Assembly (NCBI RefSeq): GCF_020745735.1
Contig: NC_083427.1
Location: 3,813,438-3,877,437, forward strand
Source: Hemiscyllium ocellatum
Lineage: Eukaryota
Direction: 5' to 3'
DNA: 64,000 nt
Part shown: piece after piece, positions 23,963 to 37,535 of the stretch
Layout: every line of letters begins with the position of its first letter
Position numbering within the stretch: position 1 is the stretch's first letter
Notes under the pieces: generated by a model
Databases searched by the model: none
Told to the model about the DNA's origin: nothing
Seen by the model: only the letters and a program-made list of their open reading frames with translations
Program-made: the position numbers and the translations under genes

Positions 23963-25317
23963 ATAAGACAGCAGTCCTATGGTCTGGCTTGGCCATGGAA
24001 TTTCACCTTTACCTCTGTCAGGCCACTGCCCCAGAAGTGTGTTGTGATACGTCCAACCGGGTTGATTAAATTATAGCTAATTATCCTACAACAAGGAACC
24101 AGAGGAAAAGTGAGCAAGTCTCAGGAAGTGAGAATGGACAAGAGCTGGAAGTGGTTCCAATCCATACAAAAAAAACTTAATAGTTTTCCAAACCCCCATG
24201 TGCACAACTCTTGGTGAGTTACATTTTCTAGCACAGAGTCTTCCTGTCACTTCAACCTGGTGCTGGGATGCTCAAATCCCTGTTCAGATGTTTTGAGTTT
24301 CTCTGTCTGGGTTTCAGAGTCCTTGAGAGTCCCTGAAAAGCCTGTTCCAATTCTATCTGTGAGAGTTACAAACTGAACTTGTGAGGTAGAAGGCAATGTG
24401 TCGCCTACTGCCTCAGGGATGCGGGGGGTGAGGGGGGAATGGTGTTTACAGGGTGAGCAATGGGAGCGCTTTGAGTGGGATTCCCATTTCTGTGTCGCCT
24501 TTCTCCATCAACTCTCTCCTGCAGCAGCACTAAACCATTACTCCCAGCTCACTGCAGACAAGCTTGGTGGGGAATCACTGACATACTATAAGCTCATGGA
24601 GACAGTATCTGTCATTTGCTGTTTAAAGCAGCAGACATGACCCGCACTGCCATGGTAACAACCTGCATGCACCCATTGCATAGAGTTTTGAAGTTCTGTG
24701 GGAGCCAGTCACTGTCTTGGGATCTTGTCTGGCCTTGCAGCTTCCAGTCCCTCTCTAATTCTGAGCCTTTACTGTTCCGCAATGAAATCCTTCCACAATC
24801 AGTGGCCATCCTGCCAAGGCCCCAAGTTCTGTAATTCCTTCCCTTCCTCTCTTTTTCTCCCCCACCCCCCCAAGATAATTCTGAAACTCAAACTTTCCAA
24901 CCAAGCTTTTGATCATGTGTGAAACACCCATGGACACGACAATGTGAAATGTTCGCTATAAATGCAAGTTGATTTTGTTCTTGGCCTTACATTAAGAGAA
25001 TCAGGAATCTCACATGAACTTTTAAAATCCTCAGACCATTGTGACCAATGGTCATTTTCAGACTTAGAACTTAAACCTGCTGTTTCAGTTTCAGTTAAGT
25101 AACAGATCCCAGTTTGAACTCAATCTCTGACTTTACAGCTGGTTTCTCTTCCAGATTCTAAACCCAGCTGTAAAGGAGTTTCTGTTCCACTTCTGGGAGC
25201 ACTGAGCCAGGGAAGAGAGCAGCTGAGACACTATTTCTTACCCACCTTGGATTATCCACATATTCAGGCCTGATGTGATTCATAAAAGCAGTAAACAGCA
25301 AAGTCCAACTCCTACAG

Positions 25318-26193
25318 TCACTTGTGAACTCGCCGGTGCCTCAGGAGCTTGGATGACTGAGAGAAGCCTTTTCCACACTTGGAGCAGGTAAACAGTGGTT
25401 CCACTCTGTGAATTCGCTGGTGTGCAGTGAGGTGAGAGGATCGCTTGAACCCAGTCCCGCAGTGAGAGCACCTGAACGGTCTTTCGTCAGTGTGAACAAG
25501 TTGATGGGACATCAATTCCCCAGAACTTTTATAACATTTCCTGCAGTCTGGGCATTGGAAAGGTCTCTCCCCAGTGTGAACTCTTTTGTGCGTCATCAGG
25601 GCAGATGACTGAGTGAATCCCTTCCCACACTTGGGACAAGTGAACAATTTTTCCCTAGTGTGAGTTCTTTGGTGTCTCCGTAAACTGTAGAATTGGGTAA
25701 ATCGCTTACCACACTCGGGGCAGGTGAATGGTTTCTCCTTTGTGTGAGTACTTTGGTGTTTCTGCAAGCTGGATAAATGACTGAAACCCTCCTCACACTC
25801 AGAGCAGGTGAATGGTTTCTCCCCAGTATGAGTTCTCTGGTGTGCATGTAATGTGGATAAATAAGCAAAACCTTTCTCACACTCAGAGCAGGTGAACGGT
25901 TTCTCCCCCGTGTGAGTTCTCTGGTGCGTACGTAACGTGGATAGCTGAGCAAATTTCTTCCTACATTGATGGCAGGTGAATGGTTTCTCCCCAGTGTGAG
26001 TTCTCTGATGTTTTTGCAAGGTGGATAAATGAGCGAATCCCTTCCCACAGTCATTGCAGGTGAATGGCCTTTCCCCAGTGTGTCGACGCCGATGGCTTTC
26101 CAGCATAGATGGGAATCTGAATCCTTTCCCACAATCCGTGCATTTCCATGATTTATCCATGGGTGGCGTGTCACTGCAGGTTGAACGATCCAT
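25318..26193 (-). CDS. C2H2 zinc-finger protein C (10 fingers)
   Basis: Intact ORF. First ATG at 26193, alternative ATG at 26160 (MDKSWKC). Acceptor CTCTCACAG at ~26413. Confidence 0.9.
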   Translation of the reverse strand: MDRSTCSDTPPMDKSWKCTDCGKGFRFPSMLESHRRRHTGERPFTCNDCGKGFAHLSTLQKHQRTHTGEKPFTCHQCRKKFAQLSTLRTHQRTHTGEKPFTCSECEKGFAYLSTLHAHQRTHTGEKPFTCSECEEGFSHLSSLQKHQSTHTKEKPFTCPECGKRFTQFYSLRRHQRTHTREKLFTCPKCGKGFTQSSALMTHKRVHTGERPFQCPDCRKCYKSSGELMSHQLVHTDERPFRCSHCGTGFKRSSHLTAHQRIHRVEPLFTCSKCGKGFSQSSKLLRHRRVHK

Positions 26194-26619
26194 CAAAGCT
26201 TCCTGCGAATCTTTCTCCCTGCTGTCTGTGGGACTGCAACAAAGCTCTTCCTGCTGTCAGTTCACAGGGATACTCCAGCTCACGCGTGTCGTTGCTTTTC
26301 CAGTCAAACTGATGTTTGGAATCCTTTCCCCTCAGGTGGCAGTCAGACAATCAGAGGTGAATGATAGTCGGGTCCTGTCGAATTGAGAGATTCAGTCAGA
26401 TCTTTTAATTCCCTGTGAGAGGAAGTTGACAAGGTTAAGGACAGAGAATCCTACTTTCTATTGTACAATTTGTTCTTTCTTAGCTCCCCAAAGCAGTAAA
26501 CTCCCTGTCCCTTCTTCCCACTCCCAGTTTTCCCATCCCTCTCCCTCTCCCCAGGTTGGCTCCATTTCTTCAGGGACTCACAAGAAAATCAATAGGGTCA
26601 ATCATTTCTGCTTCCGGTC

Positions 26620-26960
26620 ACGTGCACCCTGAGCACAACACCTCAACGCGCACGCGCGCCTCTCCAAGGGTAAACATGGCGACGGCTACCAGTTTAGCCA
26701 CGGACAGGTTCCTTGGAGGAACCCCCGGAGTTGTAGCACAAGGGTCCTGGAGATACTCGTGCAGAGCTGGTGGTACTACTGCAGCCTCCCTGCTCTCCTG
26801 CCGCCTCTCACCGGGAGCAGAGCGTCGGTTTCTCAGCCCCACCGCCATCTCGTCCAACACGCGTGCGGGACAGTGCTGTACTGCGCATGTGTCCAACTCT
26901 CCTGTTGTGAATAGGGGACTTGCACCGCCGCAGGGGCTGCTGGGTACAGGGCCGCACCAT
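26620..26960 (-). promoter_or_regulatory. CpG-island promoter/first exon of gene C (P3, reduced)
   Basis: CpG-rich. Minus strand has CATGCGCAGT, GAGATGGCGG, donor CCG|GTGAGA at ~26811 and CGCCATGTTTA. GAGATGGCGGTGGGGCTGAGA matches P2 at 18945-18968. Confidence 0.65.
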
Positions 26961-28067
26961 TAATCTCGGTCAACACGAGGAAAAAAGGGATGAAGAATTG
27001 TCCGTTCGGCCCATCGATTCCGCGCCGCCATTCAGTCGGATCGTGGCTGATCCAACATTTCTCAGTCCACTTTCCTGCCTTTTCTCCTAATCCTTGATCG
27101 TCACCCCTCGTCAAGAATCTACCTCAGCCTTAAACATACACAAAGCTTATGTCTCCACAGCTCTCTACGGGTTGGACCTCCAACCCTCTGAGAAGATGTC
27201 CTTCATCTCACTCTCTTCTATTGAATTGGAAATGTTAACTGATTTTCTCTACATGGATGCTGCCAGACTTGCTGAATTTCTTCAGCACTTTGTTTTACAT
27301 CAGGTCCTGATCATCTGCAATATTTTGCTTTTTTTAATAACCTATAATTTCCGATGGAGAATTTGATTATAATTTCAGTTCCACTACAGCTTCTACACCG
27401 TGCATGCTTTTGCTCCCTTTGGGGCCTGGGTGATTAATGGCAGTTCCAGACCAATATGAAGAGAAGCATGGAGCAGGAGCAGGTTGTAAACTGATCAATT
27501 GGAGTCGAAGGCTGAGCCCAGATCCTCCTCACTGGCTGAAGCTGTGGATCATTTGTAAACCAATTAAACCTCAGCAGAAACCTGGATCTTTCTATATGTG
27601 GCTTTAAACATTGAAAACCCTACAGGGCTGGAGCAAACATCTCAACATTTGAGGGAACACATGAAACAATGCACAAAAAATTCAAGCGCTGACTTAAAGC
27701 AATAATTGAACAGAAAGGAAATGTCACTGGTTTCAACAAATGAACAGGCAGAAGGGTTAGGATAGGTTGCGGAAGGTTAATGACGTAAAGCGCAAAATAA
27801 AAATCTTCAGACAATGAATGAGTACTGATAGTCTCCTTGGTATGTATTCAGAGGGTTTGTTGTATCAGGTTTAAAGCATTAACGCGTTGTATTTTCCTCA
27901 CTACAAGATCAAAAGAAAACCCGATAACAAATAGGAACAGGAGAAAGCCATTTTGCTTGTCAGGCCTGCTCTGACATTCCTCATATCCACTATCCACTTT
28001 CCTGAGATTTCCGCATAACCTTTGATTCCCCTTTTGATCAAGAATCTAGCTCAGGTTTAAATATCAT

Positions 28068-28370
28068 CATAGAACCTCTTCAGTGTGGAAACAAGCCATT
28101 TGGCCCAACATGTCCATACCGTTCCACCGAAGAGTATCCCACCCAGATCCATTTCCTTACTCTATTACTCTACATTTTCCCTAACCCACACATCCCTGAG
28201 CACTTTAGCATGGCTAATTTACCCTAACCTGCACATCTTTGGATCGTGGTAGGAAACCCACACAGACACAGGGAGAATGTGCAAACTCCACCCAGCAGTT
28301 AGCCGAGGCTGGAATCAAACCTGGGTCCCTGGCACTGTGAGGCAGCAGTGCTAACCACTGAGCCACCCAA
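28068..28370 (-). mobile_element. HE1-like V-SINE nested in a CR1 3' fragment (~27930-29150)
   Basis: Family sequence; flanks are minus-strand CR1-like. Confidence 0.8.
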
Positions 28371-28560
28371 TACATTCAAGGAATCTGCCAGCACAGCTTT
28401 CTGTTAAAAGCAGCTTCAAAGTCTCTCAACCATCTAAAAGAAGATACTCCACCTCATCCAAGTCTTAAATTGTTTTGAGACTATGCCTTCAGGTCCTAGA
28501 CTGTCCATTGGGGGGAAATATCCTCTCAGCATTCACCCTGGCAAGCCCCTTGACAATCCT

Positions 28561-28771
28561 AGGAGAAAGTGAGGACTGCAGATGCTGGACATCAGAGTCG
28601 AGTGTGCAGTGGTGGAAAAGCACAGCAGGTCAGGCAGCATCTGAGGAGCAGGAGAATTGATGTTTCGGGCATAAGCCCTTCATCGGGAATAAGTGGAGCC
28701 CGAAACATCGATTCTCCTGCTCCTTAGATGCTATCTGACCTGCAGTGCTTTTCCAGCACCACGCTCTCGAT
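28561..28771. mobile_element. Fold-back element (family 1) with 13-bp TSD
   Basis: Inverted arms. CCTTGA(C/G)AATCCT at 28548-28560 and 28772-28784. Hammerhead-like motif on minus at ~28655-28690 (CCGATGA variant). Confidence 0.75.
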
Positions 28772-29836
28772 CCTTGAGAATCCTGCATGCTTCAAATGAG
28801 ATCACCTCTCATTCTTTTAAATTCCAGCAAATAGAGTCCCAACCTGGTTAGCTTTTGCTCACAAGACAATCCTTCCATACCAGGGATCATCCCAATAAAC
28901 CTTCTCTGAACTGCCTCCACGAAATGATATTATTCCTTAAATAAGGGGATCAAACCTGTCCACAGTACTCCAGATGTGGTCTCATCAGCACCTTGTACAG
29001 TTGCGATAAGACCTCCCTACTTCTATCCTCCCAACACTCTTTAAATAAGGGCCAATAATCGATTACACTTCCTGATTACCTGCTGTACCCGCGTGCTAGC
29101 TTTGTATTCTGTGCACAATTATCCACAATTTCCTTCGTATTGTAGATTTTGACAGTTCCTCTCTGGTCAATTATATTCGAAAACTCAGTGATCAAAACTT
29201 TGATTGTAAGATTTTTGCCGCGAGTCACAAAAACATTTAGTAATTTACAGTTGATGATTGTAGAGTTCATTAAATCTTTAAAATCGATAGCAGGCTGCTC
29301 AAAAAACACAATAAATTATTAACTGTTGCATTTATTCCAAACTGGGAGGTACAATTAAGAATGAGGAAGACAATTAAATCCTGGTATCAATGAAATTGGA
29401 AAAGACTTGTGGTGCAGTGTTTATGACCAGAAAAATCCACTTGCTCCAGAGGGGCAAAACAGTTTCACTGAAGTAACTACTGCTTCAAGGTATCCTTAAG
29501 GACTATCCACAAAACTGTAGTCATGTTCCTTTGGGTTTATGCATTGAAATGAGAATATTGTGAAAGAGAATAAATCATACTTTCTGGTTCCTCTCTGTGG
29601 CACAGCGTTTTCTCAGAAGGGAATCTTTTATGAATCCCTCCCTGTGCCTGGGCACTGTTCATGTGAGAAATGCTCATCTCAGTTCATCACGGGATGTTCT
29701 GTGTATTTTATATAGTTGTCCTGTTTTCCTCCTGTCGCACCGTGTTGTCATTTATTTCCCACGTAGCTGTGCATGAGCTTTCACAAACAGTTTCATTGTT
29801 AGACATCTTACAGCTCCAGTAAACTTGAAGAAACCA

Positions 29837-30061
29837 TGATTTGGAGATGACGGTGTTGGACTGGGGTGTACAAAGTTAAAAGTCACACAACACCAGGTTA
29901 TAGTTCAACAGGTTTAATTGGAAGCACTAGCTTTTGGAGCATCGCTCCTTCATCAGGTGGCAGTGAGCTCTCCACTATCACCTGATGAAGGAGCAAGACT
30001 CCAAAAGCTAGTGCTTCCAATTAAACCTGTTGGACTATAACCTGGCGTATGATTTTTAACT
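29837..30061. mobile_element. Fold-back element (family 2) with two divergent hammerhead-like motifs and TSD
   Basis: CAC-CTGATGA-AGGAGC...CTCC-AAAA-GCTA-GTG on both strands (29925-29959 minus, 29979-30013 plus). TTGA(A/G)GAAACCA flanks. Confidence 0.75.
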
Positions 30062-30489
30062 TTGAGGAAACCAGACTACGTAAGACCTAGGAGCACGAGT
30101 AGTCCATTTGCTGCCTTAAGCCTGCTCCTCCATTTAATATGATCATCTTGGATTCAACTCCACTTTCCTGCCTGCCCTCTGTCACCCTTCAACCCAATAC
30201 TAATTAAAAACCTGTCTATCCCCCTCTTAAATACACAAAATATCCCAGCATTCGCCACACTCTGGAAGAGTGAATTCCACAGATTCTTGACCTTTTAAAG
30301 GGAAGTAATTTCTCATCTTGGTTTTACATCTGCTACCCCTTACCTTAAAACTACCAGCTCTCGATCTAGATAGCCACACGAGGAAGCATCCTGTCTGTCT
30401 ACAGCTACTTTGTCAATCTGCTTGAGCATCTTATATACATCAATTTGATCTCCTTTCATTCTCCCAAACTACGAGAGTATAGCCCTAAA

Positions 30490-30785
30490 GGACGACACAG
30501 TGGTTAGCACTGCTGCCTCACAGCGCCAGAGTCCCAGGTTTGATTCCAGCTTTGGGCGACTGTCTGTGTGGAGGTTGTACATTCTCCTTGTGTCTGCATG
30601 GGTTTCCTCCCACTGTGCAAAGATGTGCAGGTCAGGGTGACTTGGCCATGCTAAACTGCCCATGGTGTTAGGTGCATTAGTCGGAGGGAAAAAGAGTCTG
30701 GGTGGGTTACTCTTCGGAGGGTCGGTGTGGACTGGTTGGGCCGAAGGGCTTGTTTCCACACTGCAGGGAATCTCATCTCATCTAA
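30490..30785 (+). mobile_element. HE1-like V-SINE
   Basis: Family sequence. Confidence 0.85.
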
Positions 30786-31407
30786 ACTGCTCGATCTCAC
30801 TTCACAAGACAAATTCCTTATGCCTAGAATCAGTCAACCTCCTCTGAACTGCCTCGAATTCAACTGTATCTCTCCTCAAGTAAGGGCATCAAAACTGTGC
30901 CTGAGGCAACTCCTGAAGTTAAACTTCTGGAGATGAACTTTCATATGCTTTGATCTGGGCATCGTTACTATATTATACCCTATTTATTTCTCTTCAAATT
31001 AAATGTGGATACTCATGACGTTAGTGATGTAATAATCATACAGGAGTGGGGAAGTTCAACCACAGCCAGACTTTAAGGAGAGAATCTGGAACTTAGATAT
31101 GTTGGAAGGGAGAGAGGCAGCGGAGCCAGGTGATAAGGCTTTCTCAGTCTGAGTGACAAAGAAGCTTCATAAGCTTTGGAGGTGGGAATGGACGAGATAG
31201 GTGAGAAGGAGAGCCCTTCTAAAGGAACTAGAGATATTAAAATGACCCACGTGATATGGTTAACAAAAAGAAACGATCGGAGTTGATTGTTATCCAGAAT
31301 ATTAACACCTATAACTGGGCTGGAAATGGTTGACATCAACAGAAATAGACATCAATGAACTTGGTTCAGTCCTGGGTGTAATTAACAGCAAAATCCAATC
31401 ACTGTAT

Positions 31408-32229
31408 TTACTTGTGAATTCGCTTGTGTCTGAGTAGGTGGGATGACTGAGTGAATCCCTTCCCACACTCGGAGCAAGTGAACGGTCTCTCCCCGGTGTG
31501 AACTCGCTGGTGTACAGAGAGTTGAGAGGATTGTCTGAACGCGAACCCACAGTGAGAGCACTTGAAAGGTCTCTCGTCAGTGTGAATACGTTGGTGGGAC
31601 ATCAGTTCCCGAGAACTTTTGTAGCACTTCTCACACTCCTGGCATCGGAACGCTCTCTCGTCACTGTGAACCTGTCGGTGTGTGAGGAGGTGGGATGACC
31701 GAGTGAATCCCTTCCCACAGTCAGCACAAGCGAATGGCCTTTCCCCAGTGTGAGTGCGCTGGTGGACGCTAAATTCAGACGATCGCTTGAACCGAGTCCC
31801 ACAGTGAGAGCATCTGAACGGCCTCTCCTCAGTGTGAACAAGTTGATGGGACATTAGGTCCCCGGGACTCTTGCAGCACTTCCCACAGTCCGGACATTTA
31901 AAAGGCCTCTCGTCAGTGTGAACCCGCTGGTGATTCAGTAGGTTAGATGAATTGTTGAACCCCTTCCCGCACTCAGAGCAGGTGAACGGTCTCTCCCCGG
32001 TATGAATGCGCCGATGCCTTTCCAGTTCGGATGGGGATCGGAATCCCTTCCCACAGTCTCCACATTCCCACCGTTTATCCCCGGTGTGACACCGCCTGTG
32101 CCTTGACAGGTCACAGGACCGGCTGAAATGTCGCTCACATACAGAACATGTGTATGGTTTCTCCATACCGAGAATGGTGCTTTTTCCTTCCGTGTTCAGA
32201 GTCCGAATGATGTGGGATCCCGACGTCAT
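31408..32229 (-). CDS. C2H2 zinc-finger protein D (9 fingers); start codon uncertain
   Basis: Intact ORF. ATGs at 32229 and 32166; the position homologous to the paralogue ATG is ACG (32193). Acceptor region homologous to genes A and E. Confidence 0.88.
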   Translation of the reverse strand: MTSGSHIIRTLNTEGKSTILGMEKPYTCSVCERHFSRSCDLSRHRRCHTGDKRWECGDCGKGFRSPSELERHRRIHTGERPFTCSECGKGFNNSSNLLNHQRVHTDERPFKCPDCGKCCKSPGDLMSHQLVHTEERPFRCSHCGTRFKRSSEFSVHQRTHTGERPFACADCGKGFTRSSHLLTHRQVHSDERAFRCQECEKCYKSSRELMSHQRIHTDERPFKCSHCGFAFRQSSQLSVHQRVHTGERPFTCSECGKGFTQSSHLLRHKRIHK

Positions 32230-34449
32230 GCCGTTTCCACTTGCCCGACTGAAAATCTTCCCTTTCAAACAACCTATTTAATACAGTTGATTCAGAAAAA
32301 AAGGGGAGTGAGAAAGCCCACAAAAACACAGGCAGTTTGTGAAACTGAGCTGAATGAAGCTGGCGACGCGAGGGGCTGGCAAGGGGAAAAAGCGACTACA
32401 TAAACTGTCGATTGTCACAAACACCCAGCAGTTTCCTGAAAGTTCATCCCAGTATTGGGAACACTGAAGCCACTGCTTTGAATCCCTGCTATCAACGCCA
32501 CTCCGTCACCACCAAACCGATCCCAATCCCTGCCAACTGACCAGGCTGTTCACAAACTAGATAAAACATGTCATCCCAAGAGGAGCTTTGAACCACACAT
32601 TCCCATCACCACCAAGACCCCGATTTCCACCTCAATAACATTACCCAACACCACCCCAGTCTCAGCTCATCTGCTGCTGAAACTCTCGTCCATTCCTTTG
32701 TTATGTCCTGATTTAACCAGCCCAGTACATTCCTGACCACCCTCCCATATTCAAACTCCCTGAAATCTTGGAGGTCACCCAAGACTCTGTTGCCTGTGTG
32801 CTTACTCCCACTAAGTGTTGGTCGTTCATGTGTGCTCACTGACCGACACATTCTCCTGGCTAAGCAGCGCCAAACATTCCATATCCTTATCCTGATATTC
32901 AAATCCCTTGATGGCCTCTCCCTACTTCTATATTCTCCTCAGGCTTCACAACTCTCCAAGGTAGATCCGGTCTCATGGGTATCCCTGACCTTCATTGCTC
33001 CACATTCGGTGCTCTCCTTTCAGTTTCGGAAATCCTGAGGTTCTGGAATGTCTTCCCTAATCCTGTCCACCTCACATGCTCCTCCAAGGTTATCCTTCAA
33101 ACTGACCTTTCTCAACAACCTTCTGAGTCTCCTTCCCAAATGGCTCCTTCTGTGTACGGCTCCGCAATGTTGTTTTATGACATTTCCATAAAATGCGAAC
33201 ATTTTTAAAAGAATACAGGTTGCAAATACAAAAATGTATAGTGCTGCTCCTTCATCATTGATGGGTGAATAACCTGTAACTCCTTACCTTGCTGTGGGAG
33301 CACCTTCATCATATGGACTGCAGTAATTCAGGAAGGTCAAACATCATCATCATCTCCACTGGCAATGGGAGATTGACAAATATTGGCTCATTGCTGTGGA
33401 GAGAGAGAAAAACACAGTTGATGTTTCAGGATGTGCAAAATGAATCATCAGAACTAAAAACAGTGCAGAATTTGATGGTTAATATAAGCTCAGAAGTGGA
33501 CCATAGGGCAGGAAAAACGATTTCTTGCCGTGAGAAGATAAAGCTGTCAATGCAACAGCACAACTGTCAGGGATGGTCAGCTGTGAAACCTCTTTGAGAC
33601 ATCAGTTCGGCAAAGTAAAAGCTAAACACCAAAGCTGACTAAAATCGTTCTTACTGACACAGGGAAGTTAGACAATGGCAGCGAGGTAATCAAGGAGCAC
33701 AGAGGTGAAACCAAGCAATGGTTGGACATGGATTCTGATCCACAATAATGCAACCACAACAGTCTCAGAGCCACGAACCTCTCACAGGTAACAGAGAACA
33801 ACAGGAGAGCTCAAAATTGCAAGACATGCTAAAATCCCAAGAATAACATTTCACAATATATCCATACAAGATTAAACTAAAAACATCTCTTTAGAAACTC
33901 TTCTACTAACAACATCCCATTACATTTGAAGAACAACACACGCTTATTAACCTGATCTCAAGACTTGATCTTGTTTGATGATTTCACAGTGGAAATTGCT
34001 GGCTCTGACTGGATTGCAAAGTCCTCAAAAATGCAGTAACTTCAGCCCATTTACTACAAAGCTGCACTTATTAGCTCCCTCTGTGTTTAATATTTTGGTT
34101 CTCGAACCAAGACCTGTCATAAAATCAGAGCAAAAATGAAATGATAAGACCAAACGCTGTAAGGATTCAGCAGTTCAGGGATTTTCTGTGGAGGGAGAAG
34201 AGGAGTTAGTATTTTAGGCTGTGCAGAATGAACTACAGGAAACAAAAACGGTGCAGAATTTGGTGGACAGTGTAAGCTCCGAAGCAGAAGTGGAAATTGG
34301 ACAATAATCCACAAACAACTCCAGGCTGTGAAAGATAAGCAGGGAAAATAAAACTGGTCAGTCTGCCACATATAATCAATTGTCAGAATTTCATTTTTAC
34401 ATAAATCAGCAAAAGGAACAGCAGAATACTAAACACGGTTAAAATACGC

Positions 34450-34677
34450 TAGAGGGCGACCCCCTGCATCTGTGGAATCGTTTTCTGCGGTTTCAGTTGT
34501 CTGCGGTTTACCACAGCCCAAACATATTATAGGGGACGTTCCAGCACCAGGGACTGGGAGGCTGCTGGGAAGGTATGCTTCTCAGTTAAGTAAATGGGTT
34601 CACTCTTATCAGCGGTTTCGGGCTTTCATAGTAGGTCCTGGAACATAACCGTCATGGGTAAGGGGGGGACTACTGTA
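34450..34677. mobile_element. Tigger/MER44-like MITE
   Basis: 3' end AAGGGGGGGACTACTG|TA and internal TTTCTGCGGTTTCAGTT..CTGCGGT resemble pogo/Tigger MITE termini. The 5' TIR is degenerate. Confidence 0.55.
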
Positions 34678-35309
34678 ATTATTAGAGCCATAGGAAGTTA
34701 GACATTGGCAGAGAGGTGATAGGTGAGATAGAGCAGTGGATAGGCATGGATTCAGATCCACAGTAAAGGAGCTGCATCAGTCCCAGGGACACACAAACCC
34801 TTTGACAGATAACAGAACACAGCACTAAAAGATGGACATTGTCATTGAAAGCTAAAAAAAAACTATATTGCTTTCCACTTTAAAGTCCACTGAAAGAAAC
34901 CAACCAAAAGGAGCATTGGAGTCAGAGAAAAGTCTCAGTTGAGGAAGTCCCAGGGAGGGAGGTGATGTCACCACGCACTCGTCACTGCCTGATGACATCA
35001 CAGACAGGAACACACAGCATTGGAATCTGTCCAGATCAGAGAGCAGCCACACATTGTGAAGGATGGGAGGGTGCCCGAGAGTGATGGAGCAGGGGAGGTC
35101 GACCAGAATGGTTTGAGGAATGAGGAACTTTAGTTGCAATATATGGATAGAGGTATTGTGGTTGAGGGAAGATTTCAGAAAGGTGTTCCATTTATTTTAG
35201 GTTCAGAAAACCTGGATAAAGAAATTATATTCTCATTAGGCCATTGTAAAAGGATCACAGGGAACACTCAGACTTACTAATTCAGGCAAGACCTACAGGT
35301 AGGATTTAG

Positions 35310-36280
35310 AGTCATAATGTAATACAGCATGGAAACAGGCCCTTCGGCCCAAACTGCTCCATGCTGACCATGGTGCCCACTCAGCTAGTTCCAACTGCCT
35401 ACATTTGGTCCATATCCCCCTTAACCCTTGCCATCCGTGTAGCTATCTGACTGTTTTTATTAAAATGTTGCTATTGTACCTCCCTTAACCACTTTCTCAG
35501 CCCATTCCATACACGCACCATTGTCAGTATGAAGACGTTGTCCCTCAGGTCCTTCTTAAGTCTTTCCTCTCTCACCTAAACCTATGCCTTCTAGTTTTCA
35601 ATTCCCCATCTGTAGGAAAGAGACTATATGCATTCAGCCAATCTATGCTCCTCATGATTTTATACACTTCAATAAGGTCACCCTTCATCCTCCTACATTC
35701 CAAGAAAGAAAGTCCTATCCTGGCCAATCTCTCCCTAAAGGTCAGGCCTACTAGTCCTGACAACATCCTCATAAATCTTCTTTGCACTCTTTTCAGTTTA
35801 ACTATGCCTTTCCTATAACAGGCTGACCAAAACCGTACACAATACTCCAGGTGCGGCCTCACCAATGACTGACACAACTGTAACATAACGTCCCAACTCC
35901 TACACTCAATGTCTCCACCGATGAAGGCCGGCATGTTAAATACCTTCTTCACCGCCCTGTTTACCTGTGACACCACTCTTAAAGAACTATATACTTGTAC
36001 CATTAGGTCCCACTGTTCCACAACGCTCCTCAAGACTGTGCAAGTCTTACCTTGGTTTAACTTTCCAAAGTGCAGCACCTCACACTTATCTGTATTGAAT
36101 TGTATTTGCATCCCCCACCCCCCCCCAAACTCCTCAGCCCACTTCCCTATCTGATCATGATCTCTTCGTAATTTCTGATAACTTTCCTATCAATGATACT
36201 CACTAATTTTATATCGTCCGCAAACTTACTAATCATGCCTTGTACATTCACATCCAGATCATTTGTGTGAATAACAAATA
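35310..36280 (-). mobile_element. CR1 LINE 3' fragment
   Basis: KFADD, FNTDKCEVLHFGK, LVRPHLEYCVRFWS, GDLIEVYKIM and CR1 3' UTR. Confidence 0.9.
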
Positions 36281-36604
36281 ATAAAAGCAAAAATATTATA
36301 CCGTAAGTAGTAATGACATGGATCTCAATGCTTACATTCAGAAGCCAATAATATTGATGTACTGATGAATCAAAGGACACTGTCAAATTTTGATGTGGTG
36401 TCTGGTTTCAGTTTCTTGACTGTGAATCATCTTCCAATATCTGTAAAATAATTTACAAAACACATCAATGTCAGCCCAGGGAGATTGCAGATATTGCCAG
36501 TTACACATTGTGGTCAGCGTCCCTCAATTTGAGGATAACATCAACTCAGGGTTGGGAGTTTATGCACAGGATCTTCACGTGACTCTGCAGGTCACTAGAT
36601 TTTT

Positions 36605-36905
36605 TTTAGACTTACAGTGTGGAAACAGGCCCTTCGGCCCAACAAGTCCACACCGACCCGCCGAAGCGCATCCCACCCATACCCCTACACTTACCCCCTA
36701 CCTAACACTACGGGCAATTTAGCTTGGCCAATTCACCTGACCCGCACATCTTTGTGACTGTGGGAGGAAACCGGAGCACCCGGAGGAAACCCACGCAGAC
36801 ACGGGGAGAATGTGCAAACTCCACACAGTCTGTCACCTGAGTCGGGAATTGAACCCGGGTCTACAGGCGCTGTGAGGCAGCAGTGCTAACCACTGTGCCA
36901 CCCAC
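36605..36905 (-). mobile_element. HE1-like V-SINE
   Basis: Near full-length family copy. Confidence 0.9.
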
Positions 36906-37044
36906 TAGTGTCAGGATGTCCAACAGGTAATGGGTTACAGGGAGCAGACTTTGCTTTCTTCTGTGTCTCTGCTCTGCCTCATCAATAAGACATTGGGTGT
37001 GAAAGGCTAATGCAGCCTGATGGACAAGTTGTCTCCATCCTGAA

Positions 37045-37535
37045 CAATGGGCAGCAAGCTCCGCCCATTCATTCCAAACACTGCCCCCTACAAAGATGGC
37101 GGACACTCGTGGCCCAGTGACCCTAACAAAGATGGCTGCCGTTCCCTGGGGCCTGTCACTGCGAGCAAGCCGCGACACATCGTCCATTTTGTTGCCGACG
37201 TGGGGGACCGGGCGAGGATCCTATTCAGGCTTTGAGGCTGAACATAAAGTACGTTCGAAGCCTCTCCCACGCTTCCACTATTCATTTCATCGCTCCCTCC
37301 GATTCTCACCGTTTGTTGAGGTCTGAGATACGACGGACGGACCATCGATGGCCGGGGCGGGGGGAAATGGAACGATGTCAACCACGCATGCGCCTTACCA
37401 ATCGGGTCGTTCGGCATGTTTTAAATCACAATGGAAACGTCATCTGATTGACGGCTGGTCCGGACCAATAAATAACAGGGGGCGGACCTGGAGGACCGAA
37501 CTGGAGAGGCTGGTCCTCCAAACAATGGGAATGGA
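37045..37535 (-). promoter_or_regulatory. CpG-island promoter P4, likely driving gene D
   Basis: Minus-oriented paired YY1 motifs (CAAAGATGGC at 37091 and 37127), donor ACG|GTGAGA at ~37310 (-), NRF1-like CGCATGCGC at 37385, core with GGAGGACC-N14-GGTCCTCC at ~37490-37519. Confidence 0.75.
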
